From an uncultured Clostridia bacterium (GTDB lineage Bacteria; Bacillota; Clostridia; Oscillospirales; Oscillospiraceae): DNA of 64,000 nucleotides. Under the pieces are notes generated by a model. The model saw nothing but the letters and a program-made list of their open reading frames with translations, was not told where the DNA came from and made no database searches. The stretch is from positions 49,767 through 113,766 of the forward strand of contig CAMWFH010000004.1 of the NCBI GenBank assembly GCA_947173485.1, read 5' to 3'. Each line of letters opens with the position of its first letter. Within the stretch, counting starts at the first letter, position 1. Shown piece after piece: positions 26,418-35,508 of the stretch. The position numbers were made by a program, and so were the translations under genes.

Positions 26418-28121
26418 TTACATCATGCCGGCGGGCATAAAGCCGTTGAACACGATATCCCCCTCGTTGAGGCCGGAGGTGATCTCCACGTTGGCCCGGT
26501 CGCTGAGGCCAGTCTCCACGGGGACGGGGTAATAGCCGTCGCTCTCTGTGGGATACTGCTTCGTCTGGCCGGGCTCCGGCTCGGGCAGATCCACCTCCAC
26601 CGCGTTCTCCGGGCGGCTCTCCGCCTGGAGGAACACCACGGTCACCGGGTTGCCCTCGGCATCGCTGATGGACTTCACCGACTGGATGGGCACGGTGACG
26701 CAGTTCTCCGACTGGCTGGTGACGAAGGAGTAATCCAGCCACATACCGGCTAAGAGGCTACCATCGTAGTTGTCCACCTCCAGGGTGACGGGGTAGGAGG
26801 TCATACCGCTCATGCCGCCTCCGCCGCCCTCGCCGCTGAGGGACATATCTATGCCGGTGACGGTGCCCATAAAGGAGCCGCCGTTCCAGTCCTTCAGCTC
26901 CACCATCATACCGGGCTTGATGAAGGAGATGTTCCGGTCGTCCACGCTGATCTGGACGATCATGGTGGTGGTATTGGAGATGGTGATGACCAGGTCGCCG
27001 CTCTTGACCTCCTTGTCGGGGGTCAGGGTGCAGGAGGTGACCACGCCGTCGATGGGGGCCACGGCGTTGAAGTTGGCCAGCTCCTTGCTGGCCTCGTCCA
27101 GCTCGGTCTGCTTGTCGGCGATACGCTTGTCGATATCGTCATCGCCTAAGTACATCAGGGCCTGACCGGCGGAGACGTCCTCGTAGTTGCGCATATCGTA
27201 GCTGAGCAGAGGACCGCTGGCCTTGGTGATGACCTTCTGTTGCTCATAGTAGGCCAGGGTACCGTTCTCATAGGGGTAGATCAGGGTGCCGTCGGCGGCG
27301 GTGATGGTGGCGCTGGCCTCCATCTTCTCCGCCAGGGTGCCGGGGTTGTCAAAGACGATCTCCACCTCAAAGAACCTGGCCCCCTCAGGGGTGATGTAGT
27401 TGACCTTGTGGACCGCCTCCACTTTGGCATCGTCAACAGTGGACATGGTGGCGGGGATGGATACGCTCACCGTCTGCCCTGTCTTGATATCGTTCTCATA
27501 GGCATAGCTGAAGTAGAGGGTCAGCCGCATCTTCCGGTCGTTGACCAGGGTGGCGATGGTCTGCCCCTTGGAGATCGTCTCGTCTACAGAGAACTCCTGG
27601 ACATCCAGCAGCTTGCCGCTGAAGGGGGCTGTCACCGTCAGGTTGTTCCGCTCCTCGATAAGGTCTGCCATCTCCTCTGTCAGCTTATCGAATTTCTCCT
27701 GGGCCGTCTCACTGCGGATGACATACAGGGGGTCGCCGGCAAAGACCTGCTGGCCCTCGGTGACATAGACCTCCTCCACCACGCCGTTGGCGGTGACGGT
27801 GATCGCGGAGGTCTCCTTGGCGCTGGACCGGCCGCTGCCCTCCACGCTGCTGGAGATGGTATTGATCAACGCTTGGGCCGGGATGATATCCCCCTGCTCC
27901 GTGGTCTCCCGGAAGAGGAAGTACCACATACTAAAGCCGATGCCCGCCAGGATCGCCAGGATGACCAGGGTGGTGATGATGCGCTGCCGGCGCTTTCGCG
28001 CCACTGGCGAGCCTCCTTTTTTCTTCTTCTGCTGGCTGGGCGGCGCGCTCTTAGGGGCCGCCGGCGGCGTCTGTGTCGCCGTCTGCTCCTCCGTAGGGGT
28101 GATGGTCTGCTGCTCCGACAT
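26418..28121 (-). CDS. HlyD/MFP-family periplasmic adaptor subunit
   Basis: N-terminal TM anchor, lipoyl-like and barrel-sandwich segments (AGDPLYVI, VTAPFSGKL, VAPIDGVV), and a coiled-coil insertion. Confidence 0.85.
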   Translation of the reverse strand: MSEQQTITPTEEQTATQTPPAAPKSAPPSQQKKKKGGSPVARKRRQRIITTLVILAILAGIGFSMWYFLFRETTEQGDIIPAQALINTISSSVEGSGRSSAKETSAITVTANGVVEEVYVTEGQQVFAGDPLYVIRSETAQEKFDKLTEEMADLIEERNNLTVTAPFSGKLLDVQEFSVDETISKGQTIATLVNDRKMRLTLYFSYAYENDIKTGQTVSVSIPATMSTVDDAKVEAVHKVNYITPEGARFFEVEIVFDNPGTLAEKMEASATITAADGTLIYPYENGTLAYYEQQKVITKASGPLLSYDMRNYEDVSAGQALMYLGDDDIDKRIADKQTELDEASKELANFNAVAPIDGVVTSCTLTPDKEVKSGDLVITISNTTTMIVQISVDDRNISFIKPGMMVELKDWNGGSFMGTVTGIDMSLSGEGGGGGMSGMTSYPVTLEVDNYDGSLLAGMWLDYSFVTSQSENCVTVPIQSVKSISDAEGNPVTVVFLQAESRPENAVEVDLPEPEPGQTKQYPTESDGYYPVPVETGLSDRANVEITSGLNEGDIVFNGFMPAGMM

Positions 28122-28199
28122 AGTTTTGGACCTCCTGTGCTTTATTCTTGACCTACCTAAGTATATGGACTGCCTGTCTGGATCTCAACTACAATGCGG

Positions 28200-28223
28200 T
28201 AACAAATTATTAAGAATTGGTTA
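28200..28223. promoter_or_regulatory. 24-bp AT-rich imperfect palindrome, a candidate operator
   Basis: TAACAAATTATTAAGAATTGGTTA is self-complementary at 20/24 positions. It overlaps the -10 and spacer of the candidate efflux promoter. Confidence 0.5.
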
Positions 28224-28235
28224 AAGAAATATCAA
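28207..28235 (-). promoter_or_regulatory. Candidate promoter of the efflux operon
   Basis: The minus strand reads TTGATA, 17 nt, TAATAA. Confidence 0.4.
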
Positions 28236-28328
28236 GTCCCAGGGCCGGCAGCTGTATATGTCCTTTTAGACGGCGGGACCGGGCAAAAAGTTCCGCTCCC
28301 GCCGGCGGCTCATGCAAAAATTTTCTGT

Positions 28329-28365
28329 CAAAAGCAGGGAGGCCGCGACGATCGCCGCAGCCTCC
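28329..28365 (-). terminator. Intrinsic terminator after the wHTH gene
   Basis: Stem ggaggccgcgacg / cgccgcagcctcc. The minus strand continues ctgcttttg. Confidence 0.7.
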
Positions 28366-28394
28366 GTACCGCAGGCTCGCTGCGGGGTCGTACC

Positions 28395-28676
28395 TTATCC
28401 GTCCTCCAGCATGGCCCGGCCGGCATCGGTCAGGGTATAGACCCCACCCTCAAAGTCGGTCAGCGCCGCCATGCCGTTATACTCCCGGTGGGAGACCAGG
28501 TTGCGGACCTTCTGGGAAAAGAAGGTGTCGTTCCGGTTGTCGATGATCTCCGCGTCATGGCCCTCCGGCCGCAGCTGCTCCGTCAGGTCCTCGATCAGAT
28601 CTGACGTGGTAGCGGAGCCCCGGCGGGCGATACATGCCAAAGCGGGCTTTATCAGGTCCTGTTCCGTATACAGCAT
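28395..28676 (-). CDS. Small stand-alone winged-helix protein (Mrr_N-like)
   Basis: 93 aa. The layout IKPALACIARRGSATTSDLIEDLTEQL...FSQKVRNLVSH...LTDAGRAML resembles the N-terminal wHTH of Mrr-type restriction proteins, but no nuclease domain is attached. Confidence 0.5.
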   Translation of the reverse strand: MLYTEQDLIKPALACIARRGSATTSDLIEDLTEQLRPEGHDAEIIDNRNDTFFSQKVRNLVSHREYNGMAALTDFEGGVYTLTDAGRAMLEDG

Positions 28677-28746
28677 CACGATACCCCTTTCTTTGTCTCT
28701 CGATCCTTACGTTCCTTGCATATCCCGCACCGAACGGCGCGTCCTC

Positions 28747-29994
28747 TTACAGGTCCCGGTACAGCGGATACTTCCCGGTGAGCTCCGCCACCATCTCCAG
28801 CACCTTCGCCCGGCTGCCCTCCGGGTCCTCCACCATGGCGGCGATGCCGGCGGCTACCCGCTCCATGTCCGCGCCGCCCATGCCCCGGGCCGCCACGGCG
28901 GCGGTGCCTAAGCGGATGCCGCTGGTGGTGTTGGGGGGCGTGGGGTCGTTGGGGATGGCGTTCTTATTGCAGGTGATGTTCACGCTGTCCAGCAACCGCT
29001 CGCAGTCCTTGCCGGTGAGGCCCTTGTTGCGCAGGTCCACCAGCATCAGGTGGTTGTCGGTGCCGCCGGAGAACAGCTCGAAGCCATGGTCCATCAACCC
29101 ACGGGCCAGGGAGCGGCAGTTGTCGATGATCAGCTGCTGGTAGCACTTGAAGCTGGGGTCCAGGATCTCCTTGAAAGCCACCGCCTTGGCGGCGATGACG
29201 TGCATCTGGGGCCCGCCCTGGACGCCGGGGAACACCGCCCGATTCAGCTTATACTCCTGGGCGAACTCCTCGCTGGAGAGGATCAGGCCGCCCCGGGGGC
29301 CCCGGAGGGTCTTGTGGGTGGTGGAGGTGGTCACATGGGCGTAGGGGATGGGGCTGGGGTGGAGCCCCGCCGCCACCAGGCCGGCGATATGGGCGATGTC
29401 CGCCATCAGCAGCGCGCCGCACTCATCGGCGATCTCCCGGAAGCGCTTGAAGTCGATGGTCCGGGGGTAGGCGCTGGCGCCGGCGATGATCAGCCGGGGC
29501 TTATGCTCCAGGGCCAGGCGGCGGACCTCCTCATAGTCGATGAAGCCGTCGGGGCCCACGCCGTAGGAGACGATGTTGTAGATGAGGCCGGAGAAGTTCA
29601 CCGGGCTGCCGTGGCTCAGGTGGCCGCCGTGGGCCAGGCTCATACCCAGGATGGTGTCGCCCGGCTTGCACAGGGCCAGCTCCACGGCCATATTGGCCTG
29701 GGTGCCGGAGTGGGGCTGGACGTTGACATAGGTACAGCCAAAGATCTTCTTGCACCGCTCGATGGCGATGTTCTCCACCACGTCCACCTCCTGGCAGCCG
29801 CCGTAGTAGCGGTGGCCGGGGTAGCCCTCGGCGTACTTGTTGGTCAGGGGAGTGCCCATGGCGCTCATGACGGGGAAGCTGGCGAAGTTCTCGGAGGCGA
29901 TCAGCTCCAGATGGCTCTCCTGGCGGTCGATCTCCCGCTGGATGGCGTCCGCGATCTCCGGGTCCGCCTGATGGACGATCTGCAAAGGATACAT
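28747..29994 (-). CDS. glyA: Serine hydroxymethyltransferase
   Basis: ELIASENF..., [14 protein letters not shown] (PLP lysine motif), 415 aa. Confidence 0.97.
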   Translation of the reverse strand: MYPLQIVHQADPEIADAIQREIDRQESHLELIASENFASFPVMSAMGTPLTNKYAEGYPGHRYYGGCQEVDVVENIAIERCKKIFGCTYVNVQPHSGTQANMAVELALCKPGDTILGMSLAHGGHLSHGSPVNFSGLIYNIVSYGVGPDGFIDYEEVRRLALEHKPRLIIAGASAYPRTIDFKRFREIADECGALLMADIAHIAGLVAAGLHPSPIPYAHVTTSTTHKTLRGPRGGLILSSEEFAQEYKLNRAVFPGVQGGPQMHVIAAKAVAFKEILDPSFKCYQQLIIDNCRSLARGLMDHGFELFSGGTDNHLMLVDLRNKGLTGKDCERLLDSVNITCNKNAIPNDPTPPNTTSGIRLGTAAVAARGMGGADMERVAAGIAAMVEDPEGSRAKVLEMVAELTGKYPLYRDL

Positions 29995-30196
29995 AGGACA
30001 GTTTTCTCCTTCTCTCAGCCTGCGTAGCGGCTCGAATATCTATAGTAGCATGATGGCTATTTTCTAGTGTACCATGGCCGCCGGGAAAAATCACCTGCAA
30101 ATCACAAAAATCTCGGAGAAAGAAAGCCGCTCTACCCTGCCGCCGTTGGTGCAAACTATACAACTGTCCGCCCGCGGCGCACGGGAAGGGCGGCGA

Positions 30197-31165
30197 TCAT
30201 CCGCCGATCTGGTTCATATCCCGGGCCGACTGGGACCGCTCCCGGAAGGACAGCTCCCCGTGCCGCTCCGGCTTTTGGAGGATGGTCTCCGCCAGCCGCT
30301 GCCGCAGGTCCGCCCCATGGAGGCCCCGGAGGGGGATCTCCTCTCGGGAGTGGAGGCAGGGCTTCAGATAGCCATCCGCCGTCAGCCGGATCCGGTCGCA
30401 CCGGTCGCAGAAGCAGTGGCTCAGGGGCCGGATCAGCCCCACGGCTCCCGCCGCCCCCGGCAGGCGGAACCGCTCCGCCACCCCGCCGGACGCCGGGACC
30501 GGCTGGAGCTGGGGCAGCCGCTCTAAGACGGCCTCGCAGGGGAGGTAGGCCTCCGGGCCGAATCCGGTGGTGTGGCCGATGGGCATCAGCTCGATGAAGC
30601 GCACCTCCACCGGCTCTGCCTCCGTCAAAGCCGCCAGGGCGGGGATCTCATCATCGTTGAAGCCCCCGATCAGGACGCAGTTGATCTTGACGGGCGTCAG
30701 CCCCGCCTCCTTCGCCGCCCGGATGCCCGCCAGGGCCTCCTCCAGGCGGCCGCCACGGGTGATCCGGGCGTACTTTTGGGGATCTAGGGTGTCCAGGCTG
30801 ATGTTGACCCGGTCCACCCCCGCCGCCTTCAGCTCCGCCGCCATCTGGGGCAGCAGGAGGCCGTTGGTGGTCAGGGTCAGCTCCTCCAGCGCCGGCAGGC
30901 GCCCCAGGGCCTGGCAGAGGGAGAGCATCCCCCGCCGCACCAGGGGCTCCCCGCCGGTGAGGCGGATCTTCCGCACCCCCAGCGCCACCGCCTCCCGGGC
31001 GATCTCCTCCACCTCCTCCAGGGAGAGGATGTCCTGGTGGGCCAGCTTTTTCGCCCCCTCCGGCGGCATACAGTAGACGCACCGCAGGTTGCACAGGTCT
31101 GTCAAAGAAATACGGAGATAGCTGATCTCCCGTCCCAATGTATCTTTCAAAATGTCTCCCCCCAC
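30197..31165 (-). CDS. moaA: GTP 3',8-cyclase (radical SAM)
   Basis: CNLRCVYCMP radical-SAM motif, a C-terminal CxxCxnC auxiliary cluster (CFCDRCDRIRLTADG) and a GG tail. The GTG start at 31165 overlaps the upstream gene. Confidence 0.95.
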   Translation of the reverse strand: MGGDILKDTLGREISYLRISLTDLCNLRCVYCMPPEGAKKLAHQDILSLEEVEEIAREAVALGVRKIRLTGGEPLVRRGMLSLCQALGRLPALEELTLTTNGLLLPQMAAELKAAGVDRVNISLDTLDPQKYARITRGGRLEEALAGIRAAKEAGLTPVKINCVLIGGFNDDEIPALAALTEAEPVEVRFIELMPIGHTTGFGPEAYLPCEAVLERLPQLQPVPASGGVAERFRLPGAAGAVGLIRPLSHCFCDRCDRIRLTADGYLKPCLHSREEIPLRGLHGADLRQRLAETILQKPERHGELSFRERSQSARDMNQIGG

Positions 31166-32031
31166 GCCGCGCCTAAGGCGGCGGCTTCTCGCACCACGCC
31201 GTCCACCATCTCGTGGACATAGTCACAGTTGCCGCAAAGGGCCAGCCAGTCCGGCAGGTCCGCCCCCAGCCCCCGGCAGAGGTCCTGGTCAGGGACCAGT
31301 CCCAGAGCCGTGAGCAGGGTATCGCAGGCCAGCCGCCGGCGGCGGCCGGTGTCCAGGTCCCGGACCACCACCCCGGAGATACGCCCCTCCCCCAGGATCT
31401 CGTCCACCGTGGACCGGAGCAGCACCGGGATATGGTAGGTCTCCACGCAGTCCCGCCGGTTCCGGGCCAGGCCCCCCAGCCGGTCCCGCTGCTCCACCAT
31501 GGCCACGACGCGCCGCCCGGACTGGACCAGCTGCCGGGCCACGATCTGCCCGATATCCCCGCTGCCCAGGACCACGATCCGCTCCCCGACAGGCCCATGG
31601 TCCAGGAGCAGCCGCTGGACCGTCCCCGCCGTGAAGATCCCGGCAGGGCGGGTCCCGGCCACCGGCAGGGCGTGGATCGTCCGCTCCCGGCAGCCCGTGG
31701 CCAGGACGCACCGGTCGAAGCGGACCCGCTCCAAGCCCCTTGGGCTGGACAGAAGGGCGGTCCGGTCCGGGGCGAGGGACAGCACATGGGTCCCTGTTCG
31801 GACCTGGACCGCCGTTTTCGCCAGACGGGCCACCGACCCGGCGGCATAGGCCGGACCGGTCTGCTCCCCGCCAAAGCCCCGGTGGACGCACTGGAGCAGC
31901 ACGCCCCCCAGCCGCTCCTCCCGTTCCACCAGCAGCACCCGCCGCCGGGCGGACAGGCTCTCCGCCGCCGCCAGTCCCGCCGCGCCGCCACCGATCACTA
32001 GGATGTCCGTCTCTTCCATAGCATTTATCAT
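31147..32031 (-). CDS. NAD(P)/FAD-dependent pyridine nucleotide-disulfide-type oxidoreductase (short, 294 aa)
   Basis: ILVIGGGAAGLAAA (FAD) and IVVLGSGDIGQIVA (NAD) dinucleotide folds. I remember homologues as longer (~410 aa). Confidence 0.7.
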   Translation of the reverse strand: MINAMEETDILVIGGGAAGLAAAESLSARRRVLLVEREERLGGVLLQCVHRGFGGEQTGPAYAAGSVARLAKTAVQVRTGTHVLSLAPDRTALLSSPRGLERVRFDRCVLATGCRERTIHALPVAGTRPAGIFTAGTVQRLLLDHGPVGERIVVLGSGDIGQIVARQLVQSGRRVVAMVEQRDRLGGLARNRRDCVETYHIPVLLRSTVDEILGEGRISGVVVRDLDTGRRRRLACDTLLTALGLVPDQDLCRGLGADLPDWLALCGNCDYVHEMVDGVVREAAALGAAWGETF

Positions 32032-32035
32032 TCTA

Positions 32036-33517
32036 TCATTCCCCAGGCTGCCCCAGTAAGATGGGGGAGCCTGGACCGTCCTTCGTCACCGACCGGAGCG
32101 GGATGTTTTGTTCTTGGGCCAGGACCTCCGCCACGGCCTGCATACACCGCGCCCCCTGGCACCGGCCCATGCCCGCGCCGGTCCGGCGCTTCACCCCGTC
32201 CACGGTCACCGCTCCCCGGCGGACCGCCTCCCGGACCTCCCCCAGGGTGATATCCCGGCAGCGGCAGACAACGGTCCCATAGGCCGGGTCCTGCTGGATC
32301 AGGGCGTCCCGCTCTGCCTCGGAGAGGGCGTGGGCCCGCCGGATGCCCCGCCGCTCCGGCGAGAAGGCAACGTTCCTCCCAGGCCCGCCCAGATGCTGGG
32401 CAGCCAGGGACGCCGCGTGTTCCCCCAGGGCGGCGGCGCAGGTCAGGCCGGGGGTCTTGATGCCCACCAGGCTGATCAGTCCCTCCTCCTCCAAAACGGT
32501 GAAGCTGTGGATGGACCGGTCTGTAGGGACCCACTGTCCCCCCTCCTGCCGGACGGCAAAGGGGTCAGGCCGCAGGCCGGCAAAGGCCCGGATGGTCTCC
32601 TCCAGGGGTAGGTCCGGCACCACCTGGGCGCAGAGGCGGCGCAGCCGCTCCAGCCCCTGCCGGGAGACGGCCCCCGCCGGGGCCTCGCCCTGGGGGCGGT
32701 CCGTGGGACCGATCAGCAGGGCCCCCTCCACGGTGGGCACGATGGTCAGCCCCTTGCCCCGCTCCTCCGGCTCGTGGAAGAGGATATGGCGGACAAAGCC
32801 GGCCAGCGTATCGTCCAGCACCAGGTAGTCCGCCGCCGAGGGGACCAGCCGGACGGCGGGGCACTGGGTCAGCTCCCGCACCGCCGCCGCCTGGAGGCCG
32901 GCGCAGTTGACCACCGCCCGGGCCTGATAGGTCCCGGCGGCGGTCTCCAGCCGGAAGCCCTCCGGTGTCCGCTCCATATGGAGGACCGGCTGGCAGAAGC
33001 GGAAGTCCGCCCCGTTGTCCCGGGCGTTCTCAAAGGCGGCGATCCCCAGGGCCCAGGGGTCCACGGTGCCGGTGCCGGGGGCATAGAGGCCCAGGGTGAC
33101 GCCAGGGGCCAGATGGGGCTCCCGCGCATAGACCGCCGCCGGCTCCAGCAGCGCAAGACCGGGGACGCCATTGCGCTGTCCCTGGGCAAATTTGTCCCGC
33201 AGTACCCGCTCCGACCGGGGGCCGAATCCGAACAGCAGGGACCCAGGCCGGGAGAAGGGCACGTCCAGCTCCCGGCAGAGGCGGCCGAAGTCCCGGTTGG
33301 CCTGTAGGCACAGGGCCGTCTTGAGGGTACCGGGCTTCGTGTCATAGCCGGTATAGACGATGCCGGTATTGGCCCGGGAGATGCCGGTACAGACATCCTC
33401 CCGGGCCTCCAGCACCGTTACGGAAAGGGCAAAGGCGGTCAGGGCGCGGGCCGTGAAGCACCCCAAAAGGCCGGCGCCGATGACGGCCACGTCCGTATGC
33501 TCCATCCGATATCCCAT
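32036..33517 (-). CDS. FAD-dependent oxidoreductase (GlpA/L-2-hydroxyglutarate-oxidase-like) with a C-terminal BFD-like [2Fe-2S] domain
   Basis: VAVIGAGLLGCFTA DAO-type N-terminus. The C-terminal VCRCRDITLGEV...GAGMGRCQGARC is a BFD-like Cys pattern. Confidence 0.8.
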   Translation of the reverse strand: MGYRMEHTDVAVIGAGLLGCFTARALTAFALSVTVLEAREDVCTGISRANTGIVYTGYDTKPGTLKTALCLQANRDFGRLCRELDVPFSRPGSLLFGFGPRSERVLRDKFAQGQRNGVPGLALLEPAAVYAREPHLAPGVTLGLYAPGTGTVDPWALGIAAFENARDNGADFRFCQPVLHMERTPEGFRLETAAGTYQARAVVNCAGLQAAAVRELTQCPAVRLVPSAADYLVLDDTLAGFVRHILFHEPEERGKGLTIVPTVEGALLIGPTDRPQGEAPAGAVSRQGLERLRRLCAQVVPDLPLEETIRAFAGLRPDPFAVRQEGGQWVPTDRSIHSFTVLEEEGLISLVGIKTPGLTCAAALGEHAASLAAQHLGGPGRNVAFSPERRGIRRAHALSEAERDALIQQDPAYGTVVCRCRDITLGEVREAVRRGAVTVDGVKRRTGAGMGRCQGARCMQAVAEVLAQEQNIPLRSVTKDGPGSPILLGQPGE

Positions 33518-33523
33518 CCAAAC

Positions 33524-35434
33524 TCAAAACCGCTGGCGCACCGCGCCGGGCGTCTCCAACCGGTAGCCGCCCAAACGCTCCAGCCGCTCCCGGAAGGCCC
33601 CACTCCCCAGGACCTCCAAAAGGCGCTGGACCATGGGCGTATCAAAGGCGGCATCGGGGATCAGCAGGTCGTACTGCTCCATGCAGACCGGCAGGAAGTC
33701 CAGTCCGTAGAGCTGGGCCGCGGAGTAGATGCCCATGCCGGCATCGGCGGTGCGGTTGGCGACCTGGGCCGCCACGGAGGTGTGGGTGAACTCCTCCCGG
33801 TCGTAGCCGTAGATCTTCGCCGGGTCGATCCCCCGCTCCTTACACAGGTAGTCGATCAGGATCCGGGTGCCGGAGCCCTTCTGGCGGTTGACGTACCGCA
33901 GGCCCTCCCGGCTGAGGTCCTCCAGGCCCCGTATGCCCTGAGGGTTGCCGGGGGGCAGCATCAGCCCCTGGGTCCGGCCCACGCACTCCACCAGGCGGAC
34001 ACCGCCGTTGGGGAAGTATCGCTTGATGAAGGCGGTGTTGTAGCTGCCGTCCCGCTCGTCCAGCAGGTGGACCCCGGCGATATGGGTCTCCCCCCGGCGG
34101 ACCGCCATGATGCCCCCCATGGAGCCCACATGGGTGGAGCTCATGTAGAGGGCCGGGTCCGCCAGGTGCAATAGGTCCGCCGCCTCGTCCAGCAGGGGGT
34201 CGTGGCTGCCGATGGCTACCAGGGTGTTCTCCAGCTCCTCTGCCGGACGGAGGAGCCGGACCTGTACGCCGGCGCCGGCCTCATAGCCCTCCACCCCCTG
34301 GGGGATGTCCAGGATGCCGTCGGCCTTCATGAAGGAGGTCACCACGCCGCTGCCCCGGCCCAAGGGGGAGGCCATGAGCTTGCCGCCCACCTTCCCCAGC
34401 CGGACCCGGACGAACTCCCGGTACTTCAGCCCCGACACCACCGCCCGGGACAGGGTGGCCTCCCGGACCGTCTCCGCCTGGGGGGCGGTCCGGTACCAGT
34501 CGTCCAGCAGGGGCCGCAGCAGCTCGGTCAGCACCAGGATCCCGGAGACCGGGTAACCGGGGACCCCCAGGATGGGCTTCTTGCCCTGGGCGCCCAGGAT
34601 GGCGGGCTTGCCGGGCTTGATGGCGATGCCGTGGTACAGCACCTCCCCCACCTCCCGGATGACGGCGGCGGACCAGTCCTCCCGTCCGGCGGAGGAACCG
34701 GCGTTCAGCAGGACGATGTCGCAGCTGTCCAGCGCCTCCCGGACCGCCGCCAGGATGGCTTCCTTCTGGTCCGGCACGATGGGGAAGGTCCTGGGGACCG
34801 CCCCCCACTGGGTGAGCATGGCGGAGAAGATGGAGGAGTTGAACTCCACGATGTCCCCCGGCCTGGGGTCGGCGGTGGGCGGGACGATCTCGTCCCCGGT
34901 GGGGATGATGCCCACCACGGCCCGGCGGAGGACCGGTACCTCCAGCACGCCCGCCGCCAGCATGGCCCCGATGGCGGCGGGGGAGATGGTCACATGGGAG
35001 GCCAGGAGCATCTCCCCGGCGCAGATATCCTCGCCGATCTGCCGGATGTGCTGCCAGGGGGCGGCGGGGGCGTAGAGCCGGACGGTGCCGTCCTCCTGCC
35101 GGATCACGTCCTCCACCATCACCACCGCGTCGCAGCCCTCCGGGACGGGGTCCCCGGTGTCCACCACGGTGAAGTCCTCCTCGGTGAGGGTGACGGGGGT
35201 GGTCTCGCTGGCCCCGAAGGTCACCTTGGCCGCCAGGGCGATGCCGTCCATGGCGCTGGCGGGGTAGTGGGGCGCGCAGATGTGGGCATAGACCGGTCCG
35301 GCGGTCACCCGGCCGCAGGAGTCCTGGACCGGGACGGTCTCCGCCGCCGGGCCGAAGCCCCGCTCCGCCAGAAAGGCCCGGTAGTCCGCCTGGGCCTGGT
35401 CCAAGGGGATATTGGTCAGATATTGGAACGCCAT
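33524..35434 (-). CDS. moeA: MoeA-type molybdopterin metal transferase fused to a C-terminal periplasmic-binding-protein-like (oxyanion-binding) domain
   Basis: MoeA core (SAMDGIAL, PTGDEI, LNAGSSAGREDW, IKPGKP) followed by ~230 aa of PBP-like sequence (GSHDPLL...NRQKGSGTR). Confidence 0.85.
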   Translation of the reverse strand: MAFQYLTNIPLDQAQADYRAFLAERGFGPAAETVPVQDSCGRVTAGPVYAHICAPHYPASAMDGIALAAKVTFGASETTPVTLTEEDFTVVDTGDPVPEGCDAVVMVEDVIRQEDGTVRLYAPAAPWQHIRQIGEDICAGEMLLASHVTISPAAIGAMLAAGVLEVPVLRRAVVGIIPTGDEIVPPTADPRPGDIVEFNSSIFSAMLTQWGAVPRTFPIVPDQKEAILAAVREALDSCDIVLLNAGSSAGREDWSAAVIREVGEVLYHGIAIKPGKPAILGAQGKKPILGVPGYPVSGILVLTELLRPLLDDWYRTAPQAETVREATLSRAVVSGLKYREFVRVRLGKVGGKLMASPLGRGSGVVTSFMKADGILDIPQGVEGYEAGAGVQVRLLRPAEELENTLVAIGSHDPLLDEAADLLHLADPALYMSSTHVGSMGGIMAVRRGETHIAGVHLLDERDGSYNTAFIKRYFPNGGVRLVECVGRTQGLMLPPGNPQGIRGLEDLSREGLRYVNRQKGSGTRILIDYLCKERGIDPAKIYGYDREEFTHTSVAAQVANRTADAGMGIYSAAQLYGLDFLPVCMEQYDLLIPDAAFDTPMVQRLLEVLGSGAFRERLERLGGYRLETPGAVRQRF

Positions 35435-35508
35435 CAAAAGCACCTCTTCTTTATGTATAATATAAAAGTCGTGCAGGTCGTGCCGGTCTTGAAAACGCAG
35501 CCGACCTC

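Noticed and set aside
29995-30196. Possible ZTP (pfl), THF or glycine riboswitch in the ~200-nt region upstream of glyA.
   Set aside because: I could not find the conserved cores I remember (e.g. the GGGUCGUG / CCGCCUGGGC pseudoknot of ZTP). Only weak hairpins are present. A cmsearch against Rfam would be needed to be sure.
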